19,925 bases of DNA from Candidatus Heimdallarchaeota archaeon (lineage in GTDB: Archaea > Asgardarchaeota > Heimdallarchaeia > Heimdallarchaeales > Kariarchaeaceae). Location of the stretch: the NCBI GenBank assembly GCA_015523565.1, contig WAKA01000198.1, positions 1-19,925 on the forward strand, in the 5' to 3' direction. Numbering within the stretch: the stretch's first letter is position 1; each line of letters begins with the position of its first letter. This document shows positions 9,101-14,711 of this stretch, in pieces. The notes beneath the pieces were generated by a model that searched no databases, was not told where the DNA came from, and saw nothing but the letters and a program-made list of their open reading frames with translations. Both the position numbers and the translations under genes were made by a program.

Positions 9101-10617
9101 TCAATGAATTAAAACAATTTGAGGAAATGCTTAATCTAGGCATCTTCGATTTCCAAGATTTCTTTGGTGACTTGACCCCCCATTCAAAAAGCTTTATTGA
9201 ACTAAAAGAAAAATACCTATGGCTGTCACAGATTCTTAGCCTTCCCATTTGGAAATATGAGGAATTTTGGAAACTTTCGAAGGACGAACGGGAAAAAATT
9301 GCATCAAAATCAGAAAAAGATGCAACGCTTTTGTCTCTTGCAATAAGAAACACAGATCTAATTGCTAAATTACTCATGAAAATCATCAATAATGCAAACA
9401 GAATCATCTCCCAAAATTTTGAACCTCTTCAATTCCCTGAAGAAATAATTCTAGAACTTCAAGACATGGGGATTCTTGAATTCCATCAATGGATGTTCGA
9501 ATTTATTAGGGGAAATGAATTCACAATTGAACATAAGGCATCCAGAAACTATTTCAGAAAATCTCTTCTATCTACTGGGTTATCTTCCAAACAAATCAGA
9601 CGTGCATTTAAAGAAGGTTATTCTCACATATCAGATATTCTTCTTAACGGAATAGACACATTCACCAAAAAGTTAAGACTAAAGAATCCTCTGGATATTA
9701 CTTATAATGCCCTAAAATCAACAATGCAACTCTATCCCATTGGATATTTCCCAAGAACAGTTCTTCAAGCATTGGATCAAAGTGAATTCAACGATTGGTT
9801 ACAATTATTGGGAACAATTTATAATTCTGATCTGATAGATGTTCAAGGGCTTACACCAAAAGCAATTGCCAATGCAAATGAACTCTTCTCCATCGGTATT
9901 TGGGAAACCACAGTTCTCAGAGGACTTGGATTACAAAAACTCAAGAAATTGGCTTCTGAAGGAATAATGACCATTGGAGACATACTTATCTCCAAAATGG
10001 AGGATATTTTGACTTTACTGTCCATGAGTCAGGAAGATTTCTACAAACTAATGAGTTCTTTAACAAAAGCAACTATAAATAAAGCAAGAAAAGAAGACAT
10101 AACAAGACTTTCGTTGTCACGAAAAATCAAGGTCAGTGAACTGGAAACCTATCAACATCATGGTATTCGATCTGTACTCCAAATTGCTATTAGGGCTTAT
10201 AAAAAACCAAAAGATGAAAAAATGATTGCAGGCATCAATGATATCTCCAGAATTTTGGATATGCCCCTGGAAGTTGCAGAACTTCCAGAAAATGTTAGGA
10301 AGAAAGCAATTGAAGCTGGAATAAAAACAATAGGACAGTTTTTGGTCTTGCCAGATGATACTCTAAAAACCTTAACAGGCATAACTCCAAAACAAATCCA
10401 AGCATTCAGAAAAGATATTCCATACGATGCATCTAAATTGAAAAAATTGGATAAGAAAGCATCATCAAAGAAACAAAAATCAAGTGGAAAGGCTAAAAAG
10501 AAAACGACTGGATCTACCCCTCCTCCAAAGGAGAAAGCAAAACAAAAGAAAAGTGATAAAAAAACCACCTCTTCAAAAAAAGGAAAGAAGGGTAGCAAAA
10601 GGAGTGTGAAGAAATAA
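163..10617 (+). CDS. top6B: DNA topoisomerase VI subunit B with giant C-terminal HhH-repeat extension and Lys-rich tail (3484 aa)
   Basis: GHKL motifs: RELVENALDA (N box), CRDNGVG (G1), GTKYGAQQTRGRFGLG (G2) and YGTEV. These are followed by an H2TH domain (GVTPQAALAFFEEVG), transducer motifs RYANRIPL and STKIPFPETSKEYI, and a basic stalk ending near nt 1800. The ORF continues without a stop to 10617 and overlaps the top6A start (TAATG). The start must be non-ATG (TTG 163 or GTG 166) because the first ATG falls after the N box. Confidence 0.95.
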   Translation: MVKTKEKRSDSKARSASAAVFFNDNKSIAGFGNPLRAVFTSIRELVENALDAAEKRNVTPNILLRLRRMTVDEVSNLMDMDSRKLSNKKLDFLQLSCRDNGVGVPRELIPQLFGTVLAGTKYGAQQTRGRFGLGSKMVLLYSMSTLDLPIQITTRPMGSNVTYRVKLMINLEKNKPIIISDEEIHEGDPEWFDDYGTEVKVSFTGNWGQAKNYVREYFKQLAIITPYADMHIFLPGDEPGTEDELVFKRVVDDLPKPPEVVPVHPWGTDITTFRREMALADPNDTVVEFLSKNFMGVTPQAALAFFEEVGVDPNKKPSELTEKDIRRIVHDGFQRALREAKEVKRKRDRVFKFDEPRGDALSPLGADRLRKGIEKELEPLFVEAVTRPPKAYEGHPFIIEAAIGYGGGVNKAASSKGVTVTDNKVIYRYANRIPLIFGAGNDVITQVVNSIKWNEYGLTRQSDPLAIAVSLVSTKIPFPETSKEYIDKVDEIAEEIKLALHQLGRKLKSFLSRSRRKQRERQRRSRFEKYAPKTARNLLEILARANRWDPETGVKPERLIAALSSGEPRIGRFDLPRGKSVFMEPIWMPEKWIEKLTQNEIFTVEDFLRTPNNKLAKILRKKADIIDQYKRQTILIFGEYGDIPSLPLELLVPPEVEKRFHSRDANVQLPHLSKALPRRWIRNSWDYLVTPPSLLDKVQGLLPKLIEEKKLELLYEIQSFRKNPVDENVENVLSQLENFENGQVIDYKITNEDMDTLAEIITLENEEPDLEEPQTVKLDQIMKPENFLPTEEELLAFPDIKKRKVSDYIEFLVETTHPSNPLNVDAIGSDLIKIYVEKLKLKSEEFPEILELRIDTPQPWLDGYTRNAFKRRKLAKIKDLLDSPQDIVLEIKEFQRYIYGKLIDLFLSYETPLDPFYGMSENTHEFFPFLEKLGIETLEDLATINSNELAKHPKIDPLRTKLFEQSKSQLISYLMERNKVNSLQNLKIVPAEIKSYIHENNLEDLYRFLSIIPKDEKIKELLSPYKKKYSYKLGMIGSPYQNLLKKYGIFTLEEFYYNFDTIFSFVTDSNDKEKLSDLFAILAESVHLLSEELIPNLNFLYDAGINTVGKFLIWSKEEVSRITGLSEEWVLLIEEGFKIKTITLNKKKDPLIKDCTIFNELEINALLAYGIERVGQLASILWKDYLPQSLSGSKLFKHMEINEQLYMPLEKIESFFKDDTLNKNLKSAFSKLTKKGIHNFKQIMERPNAHISSMVTGKKAKEAIDLFLYLIDHPDLEEINSDSPLFQVSQIYNAKRKLELSLVHLSEFTSPEIETLGKEGIRTIYQFYLLPMSKKEKILGISSKTIKSKLQRSTLKLHGTPIAIETQKGKFRSAFEFEVDGISHFTTVEVDSLIQAGYDTIEKLYYLTDVKTFEVYGLQWNVISQMKSLLRSPAILLSWKQKIIDEATSDEKQENEEGKTEETPEKFIYITLTADELKKLSKAKLTRVFDFLTAPSEYLSQILGWDIEKTKERQTTAILQEVGIELESLNLFRPIQIEHLKHANLLTVEDLYFSTFEESWFSDLVPWEAIATIKKLLQLPISFAEEELGEEIIETLQSSGIKTIIDFLLTGDKILEQKTSLPAERFENLKHALEFSSLVEAYDKTIFFTPNLKYFTAKKLHQAGITKILDLLSTPVSQIAKITGLSKNEIKIILANISRETVNEAEQENGIPLKDIRLFSKSEIRIISKSGVFESSDIDTLQELKFQLKSNSFIDDPLLAALIMDAQKILDLNLKYFPSIPTVQLEKLASVGIQTLSDLLFVSEEDLPETDKEIDTLVTRLTNRFIDFRPFVAMEKIPAKAISSSVIDESILDAWLNNPELLNAEALRRLPSMLLLEFNQSPFAEVIKTPQEFIGEEIVAEILIRYDPNQDTWLMPLFQKFNEVGYLINLSQISNIPITVLKLDPISFRALIKANLVSVEELILRDPYELSEKTGLSLRFFRDLKEDFSTHKYREIFEKIALPIHLIPDNEVLQHLENVGIRFLDQVLLYSSSNDEHIKRIYDFLFSGILFLSAFPGEMELALEGKSKNIIEGILYLRNQGLELDILKDIVNLGWYSWSNLAIPLQINNEWTEQNHVYSVQDLLYYVLNETVPENIMSHVSTYFDSPLFLPLNGSLLVDLVYTYRCFSIVQIFSNPLLISLLPADLRKNIKETPPKLVKEVTLGVDLFNNISSNVWRFLKKENEKITVQEIISSPRFLSNYKGIRQSILKSARDALKVPLSRIVHENGRLSHTYSSVWLDELIFLLPSLYTSDEEREKIKQIISILNGKFSLVAEPQFNEDVMSIVSTAFGEKITGFHQFWAVSWSKAKAIRNSNTEFAKFVQGIINKAFLSLSSIVEISKEEVWNFWKLGIITIADLLLTPPESLSTPYFSKRRLKEIQEYAMNFICSSDISEELPAIDVSLMEELTFIEKDGFAKLPLLYATTSHPLGRKFHSFNQIHFTLAQPIYLTKLAEVLSLEEVKSLFKLRIVSLIDLLVYNQTERLPNKLQDFSKRIKFVSENILPIKQEIQINHLSPPDKLSQFFKENELNSVTDVIEYYSINEDSFGAELIYANLRYLPFNPKTKMELKNAGIKSLMDILLIPPSKIEDIFNYSDFIEQLSLRHVSNEIEKTPLKIKELDNLSSKGIERLLSNHYISVMDIENIPKGLSKADEKILSKILDVLKLPAYVLLHLNEFNEFASFLLNIKDNTIQDIIDRLVETPEQLQEKLKQIDNEMLNSIPSNLRPLNMLEAIKAPEARKLNANGIFMFNELLKNKPIVVQILGETAYSEIERSLKAPVTNIVNLPKEILEKSKNMGITTVADLLDDPRSRNEFEDITLVIAKEIKIKDLFDSALTEALEKINVYTFSDLMENTDISGLGENGLKIVQLLNLNIGRLKSFNSQWVKQLASENIFRVWQFLTTDEGHMADILGKNVSSIRQFKESLTLKESNLNLTPNPLFNELKQFEEMLNLGIFDFQDFFGDLTPHSKSFIELKEKYLWLSQILSLPIWKYEEFWKLSKDEREKIASKSEKDATLLSLAIRNTDLIAKLLMKIINNANRIISQNFEPLQFPEEIILELQDMGILEFHQWMFEFIRGNEFTIEHKASRNYFRKSLLSTGLSSKQIRRAFKEGYSHISDILLNGIDTFTKKLRLKNPLDITYNALKSTMQLYPIGYFPRTVLQALDQSEFNDWLQLLGTIYNSDLIDVQGLTPKAIANANELFSIGIWETTVLRGLGLQKLKKLASEGIMTIGDILISKMEDILTLLSMSQEDFYKLMSSLTKATINKARKEDITRLSLSRKIKVSELETYQHHGIRSVLQIAIRAYKKPKDEKMIAGINDISRILDMPLEVAELPENVRKKAIEAGIKTIGQFLVLPDDTLKTLTGITPKQIQAFRKDIPYDASKLKKLDKKASSKKQKSSGKAKKKTTGSTPPPKEKAKQKKSDKKTTSSKKGKKGSKRSVKK
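1900..10420 (+). repeat. Protein-level tandem array of ~40 degenerate HhH-like (Rad51 N-terminal / RNAP alphaCTD-like) repeats within Top6B
   Basis: Recurring motif Lxx(A/x)GIxT(I/V)xD(L/F)L, often followed by xxxxLxxITG(L/I)S. Examples: FLEKLGIETLEDLA, LYDAGINTVGKFL..ITGLS, KLHQAGITKILDLL..ITGLS, LKNAGIKSLMDIL, AIEAGIKTIGQFL..LTGIT. Manual count is about 30 clear plus about 10 degenerate copies. No nucleotide-level identity between copies was seen. Confidence 0.8.
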
Positions 10618-12029
10618 TGACCAAGATAGAAATTCCCGTTAGAAATTCAACCATTTTACCCCCTGATAAAGGTGTTGTCGAAATTGACCTTGATTGGAGC
10701 GTAAAAGACCTGAAAAGTTTCTTGAAAATTGAATTTGGATTGCCAAGCTTGAAGTTTATCCCATTCCTCAGATCAAATAAGAAATGGTTCAGACTTGAAG
10801 GCAACAAACTGCTTTCTGATTATCCATTTGATGGAAAACGATTGGAAATTGACTTGAAGAGAGAAATTGACTTAACCAACTTCAAGGAATATTTCAAAAC
10901 CATGGTAAGTAGATATGACAAAGACAAAACCCTCCCATATGGAATTCTCTCTGTTGATAATGTCAGTGCAGAGGAAACAAGAAGAAGATTGGTCAATATT
11001 GTTGAAAAATTTGTTGTGGATGCATTGAAAAATCCTAATGATGCAAAACTCTATATCCCTTCAAGAGGTGGAGACAATATAGGCTTTGATGAGGATTCTG
11101 AATACGTGTTACTTGGAAGGCAAAAGATTGAAAGGGCATTCCGGAATCTCTCTTCCGTAAAATCATTTGCCCAATTAACCCAGCTCATGTTGATAATTGA
11201 AGAAATTCTCAGCAGAAACATCCATAACACAAAAAGGGATATTTTCTACAACGATGTCAACACATTCGAAACTCAAAGCACCTCTGATAACTTGATTGAA
11301 GATCTTAGTGCATTGCTACAAGTGACAAGACCATCTTTACATGTAACCGCAACATCCAAAGGCATTGTAATCGGAAGACTTCAGTTTGAAGAAAAAGGAG
11401 ACTTCATTGATTGCACAAAAATAGGGACTGGAAAATCCATTGCACCTGCAATAGATGATATAGAGAATATGCAGAGTGACGCTGAATTTGCCCTTGTCAT
11501 AGAAAAAGATGCAGTATTCAATAGACTTGCTGAAGATCAATTTTATGACTACGTTCCCTCAATATTGATCACCGCAAAAGGACAACCTGACATGGCCACA
11601 AGAATGTTCCTCAAGAAAATTGACGAGGAACTGCAGATCCCAATCCTTGCCATAATGGATGCTGACGTATATGGAATAGAAATCATGAGGGTGTATACCG
11701 TCGGTTCAAAATCTCTTAGCTTTGAAGCAGCCAATCTTGCAGTCCCTAACATGAAATGGCTGGGTCTCCTTCCAAGCGATCTGACAGAAGAATCTGGTTT
11801 CAATATTCCTGCATCCACTCACATCAAATTGACAAAAAATGATGAAAACAAAATCAAAATCATGTTGGAGGAGGAATTCGTCAAAAGAAAACCCGAATGG
11901 AGAAAAGAACTGGAAATCCTTCAACAGCTTGGAGTCAAGGCAGAAATACAGGCCTTAAATGCCAAGGATCCTCAATTCATAACTAACCAATATCTACCTG
12001 ACAAATTGGAAAGTGCAAGCTTCATTTAG
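10617..12029 (+). CDS. top6A: DNA topoisomerase VI subunit A (Spo11 family) with N-terminal ubiquitin-like domain (470 aa)
   Basis: Winged-helix catalytic motif TKRDIFY (Tyr211, nt 11247-11249) and TOPRIM motifs VIEKDA, TAKGQPD and MDADVYG, plus C-terminal KAEIQAL. The ATG overlaps the top6B stop, with SD-like AGGAGTG at 10600-10606. Residues ~1-80 show a ubiquitin-fold pattern. Confidence 0.96.
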   Translation: MTKIEIPVRNSTILPPDKGVVEIDLDWSVKDLKSFLKIEFGLPSLKFIPFLRSNKKWFRLEGNKLLSDYPFDGKRLEIDLKREIDLTNFKEYFKTMVSRYDKDKTLPYGILSVDNVSAEETRRRLVNIVEKFVVDALKNPNDAKLYIPSRGGDNIGFDEDSEYVLLGRQKIERAFRNLSSVKSFAQLTQLMLIIEEILSRNIHNTKRDIFYNDVNTFETQSTSDNLIEDLSALLQVTRPSLHVTATSKGIVIGRLQFEEKGDFIDCTKIGTGKSIAPAIDDIENMQSDAEFALVIEKDAVFNRLAEDQFYDYVPSILITAKGQPDMATRMFLKKIDEELQIPILAIMDADVYGIEIMRVYTVGSKSLSFEAANLAVPNMKWLGLLPSDLTEESGFNIPASTHIKLTKNDENKIKIMLEEEFVKRKPEWRKELEILQQLGVKAEIQALNAKDPQFITNQYLPDKLESASFI

Positions 12030-12594
12030 CGGGATTCCATCCTTTGTGTCCACAGTAATGGCATGTATAAAGCAACCTTTCGTTTCTCATGATTATCTGG
12101 TCTTTCTTTCCAAGAATGGTTCCACAATTTTTGCATAGGTCAACTCTTCTATGACCAACTCTTTTCAAAACTAACTGCCATGGAACAAATGAACTGATTC
12201 TGTTTGTGATACAGGTCTCACAGGTAATGTCTTTGCACTCATCAAAAAATTCCTTCAAGGGTGTTCTTGCACAGGTAATGGTCATTTCAAACTTCGTTGG
12301 CTTCCAATCACCTCGAACACTTAATATTTGCTCATCTTGATCTGCATTGGATAATGAATTGAAAATAGACATGTCAACCGGTTCTATCTCAATCAAGTTC
12401 TTGAATTCTGAAAGCCTGTTGTCTCGCTTTTCTGCCAAATCCTCCGCAGTTGACCTCAAACGCATGGGCTTTGCCTCTGGAAACAATCGAGACAGTACAT
12501 GGAAAATCTCTTCCTTTCCCTGCCCAGACAATCTAATGACTATCCTGTCAATTAACGGCTCTGTTTCTGGTGTGATTTCTATTCTTTCGTACAT
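12022..12594 (-). CDS. Hypothetical Cys-rich protein with C-terminal Zn ribbon (190 aa)
   Basis: ATG start; fills the gap between top6A and a divergent promoter. Contains a CKNC-x20-CHYC Zn ribbon plus a second Cys cluster C108/C120/C125/C128. A TATA-like TTTAAAATA lies ~25-30 nt upstream on the minus strand. Confidence 0.8.
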   Translation of the reverse strand: MYERIEITPETEPLIDRIVIRLSGQGKEEIFHVLSRLFPEAKPMRLRSTAEDLAEKRDNRLSEFKNLIEIEPVDMSIFNSLSNADQDEQILSVRGDWKPTKFEMTITCARTPLKEFFDECKDITCETCITNRISSFVPWQLVLKRVGHRRVDLCKNCGTILGKKDQIIMRNERLLYTCHYCGHKGWNPAK

Positions 12595-12821
12595 GTTATA
12601 ATCAATTCATTACACAAGTATTTTAAAGATATTCCTTTCATTATTTAAAAAATATATTTGCTTTTTTCGCGTTTTTAGCTCATTCACTTGAAACCACCAT
12701 ATTGATATCACTCAAACTTTCCTTCATTATGTAAAATATAGTCGCAAGCACTTGAGCAAGTTAAAAAAAATTTATTAAATTTGAAATGAATAAGCTTTCA
12801 AAAGCAAAAGAAAAAAAGTAG
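12595..12821. promoter_or_regulatory. Divergent promoter region
   Basis: AT-rich intergenic DNA between divergent genes. Minus-strand TATA-like element at 12619-12627; plus-strand A-tract followed by TTTATTAA at 12771-12778; short palindrome ACTTG-AG-CAAGT at 12750-12761. Confidence 0.5.
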
Positions 12822-14711
12822 TTGGCGGTAACTACATTTGCATCCCGCCAAAAAATAATGGAGGCTCCAACAATAGTGACAGTAACAACCTCTTATACTG
12901 ATCTTGCAAGAAATGCAGAGGAAATCCTGAAACAAGCCATTAGCGCTGGTGATCCCGCGGATTTCATTAAAGGATACAATCTATATGAAAAGGCAATCTT
13001 ATATTTTGAAGGTGTAGGCAAAACCAAAGAGGCTAATATCCTCCTCGGTCGACTCGAAAAAATATTACAGGTTGTCATTGATCGTGGTGACCTTGAAGCA
13101 CCTTTCTATGCAAAACTTGGACCATTTTTCGTCTTATATGCCTATCACTTCAAAGCACGGATCTTGGAGGCGTTAAATCAGGATCTAAGCTCTGCCGTAA
13201 AAGCAAGGGTCGGCGCCCTTGAAATTGCTCAAGGTATCGAATGGATTGAACAAATCATTAACATAATTGTTGACCTATTGTTGGAAGATTTTGACGACTA
13301 CTGCTTACGATACCTGAAATATGCAAAGGACAAAAAGGCAGAACTTTTGGATGAACTGGAAATGCAGATTTCACAAATGCAATCCTCCAATAATAGAGGA
13401 TGGCTCTTCAAAAAGAAAGTCGATCCAAGAACAAAAGCTGAAAAAATCTATGATTCATTCCTCCATCTTATTGGTTTGATGGTTGAAAGATATTCAAAAG
13501 GAGAGTCCATTCTTAAGGACGCATTTGAAATATTACGGACTCTTAAAGAGTATTCCAATGATGATTTTGATTATTTGGATACTCGTATCATGGCTCTTGA
13601 AGCACATATCAGAGGATTTGCCACAGAGGACATTGATTCTTTTGAAGAATCCCATGTACGGTCAAAAATCCTTCCGTACACTCTGATGGATAATCCTAAC
13701 TTGAATGAACTTGAAAACTTAATGAGGGCATATGCCAGGAAAATGGGATTGGACATCCCTGTCTCCATTTCAGAAGTGCCCATCTTGGGTGCTAACCCAG
13801 CAGGATCCCCGCATTTGGCTGTGGTGGGACAAACGGGTGTTGGAAAAACAACTCTTACAAAACATATACTCAAAGAAAACAAAAGAGTCCAAGATACCAC
13901 CGTCTTTGTCTTTGATCATCACTTGGAATATTCCGATATCGCAGATCAAATAATTCAAATTGGCGGTGAGCAAAAACCAGAAGCAACACTTTTCTTCCCT
14001 GTTGAAGAAATTGGAGAGACATTCAAAACAGCTCAACAATTGATCCGTGACCAACAAAAAGTGTTTTCACAGGAAGGGGCCTCTCCTGAGGATCTTGCCA
14101 AAAAAATCCAAGATATTGAAGAACAAACCCGACCGAATGTCATGCGTTTCGTTATTGAAACAATTGAAGGGCTCCTTGATAAAGAGGAAGAAAGAATCCT
14201 GCCAACCGATTCATTGGACACCGTAGTTTTCTGGATTACCATGGATGAACCATGGATTACCACAACAATCATTTCAACAATCCTAAAACGACTTTTGAAC
14301 ATGGCTATCCAAGAAAAAATAACCAACAATGTCATTATTGTCACTGAAGAGGCACAAAACCTTTCCAATGATAAATGGCTGAAAAATCTGGCATCTGAAG
14401 GCAGAAAATTCGGTCTTTATTTGGTGGCAATTTCACAGGCTCCTGAATTTGATCCTTGGGTTGTCAGCAATTCTGAGCTTCTCATATTCAAATTAAGGAA
14501 ATCATTTAGCGTTAATTCAGACCTCCATAACCTATTTACCCCCCCAATCATGAAAATGATTCCTGTACTTGATGTTGGCGAATATTTGAGCTACCATCGA
14601 GACTTAAGGTCTTGGGTTTTAAGCTATAACCCTGAAATTCTGTCTCCTGTACATGCAAAGCAGGCGGTAGAAGCCAAAATTGAACAATTAAGAAAAATTG
14701 TGGGGTCTTAA
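12822..14711 (+). CDS. HerA/FtsK-superfamily P-loop ATPase with alpha-helical (MIT/TPR-like) N-terminal region
   Basis: Walker A HLAVVGQTGVGKT (GQTGVGKT at 13827-13850), HerA-type VFDHHLEY (cf. DxHGEY), Walker B IIVTEEAQ, Arg-finger SEGRKFG and sensor ISQ. The start is uncertain: TTG 12822, ATG 12858, or GTG 12876 behind GGAGG at 12860-12864. Confidence 0.85.
   Translation: MAVTTFASRQKIMEAPTIVTVTTSYTDLARNAEEILKQAISAGDPADFIKGYNLYEKAILYFEGVGKTKEANILLGRLEKILQVVIDRGDLEAPFYAKLGPFFVLYAYHFKARILEALNQDLSSAVKARVGALEIAQGIEWIEQIINIIVDLLLEDFDDYCLRYLKYAKDKKAELLDELEMQISQMQSSNNRGWLFKKKVDPRTKAEKIYDSFLHLIGLMVERYSKGESILKDAFEILRTLKEYSNDDFDYLDTRIMALEAHIRGFATEDIDSFEESHVRSKILPYTLMDNPNLNELENLMRAYARKMGLDIPVSISEVPILGANPAGSPHLAVVGQTGVGKTTLTKHILKENKRVQDTTVFVFDHHLEYSDIADQIIQIGGEQKPEATLFFPVEEIGETFKTAQQLIRDQQKVFSQEGASPEDLAKKIQDIEEQTRPNVMRFVIETIEGLLDKEEERILPTDSLDTVVFWITMDEPWITTTIISTILKRLLNMAIQEKITNNVIIVTEEAQNLSNDKWLKNLASEGRKFGLYLVAISQAPEFDPWVVSNSELLIFKLRKSFSVNSDLHNLFTPPIMKMIPVLDVGEYLSYHRDLRSWVLSYNPEILSPVHAKQAVEAKIEQLRKIVGS

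Noticed and set aside
1900-10420. Assembly artefact from collapsed or expanded DNA repeats
   Set aside because: The repeats are visible only at protein level and are highly diverged, and the frame stays open for over 10 kb in AT-rich DNA. Read mapping would still be the definitive test.
1800-10617. Inteins or a mobile insertion explaining the size of Top6B
   Set aside because: The extra sequence lies after the complete core rather than inside a conserved motif. No intein splice-junction pattern, LAGLIDADG or transposase motifs were recognised, and composition looks uniform.
10617-10870. Cleavable ubiquitin precursor fused to Top6A
   Set aside because: No Gly-Gly follows the last predicted beta-strand (RLEIDLKREID), so it is treated as an integral UBL domain.
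12822-14711. Canonical HerA of the herA-nurA-mre11-rad50 resection operon, or a HerA defence system
   Set aside because: No HAS-barrel-like N-terminus, and no NurA, Mre11, Rad50, Sir2 or nuclease partner is recognisable among neighbouring genes.
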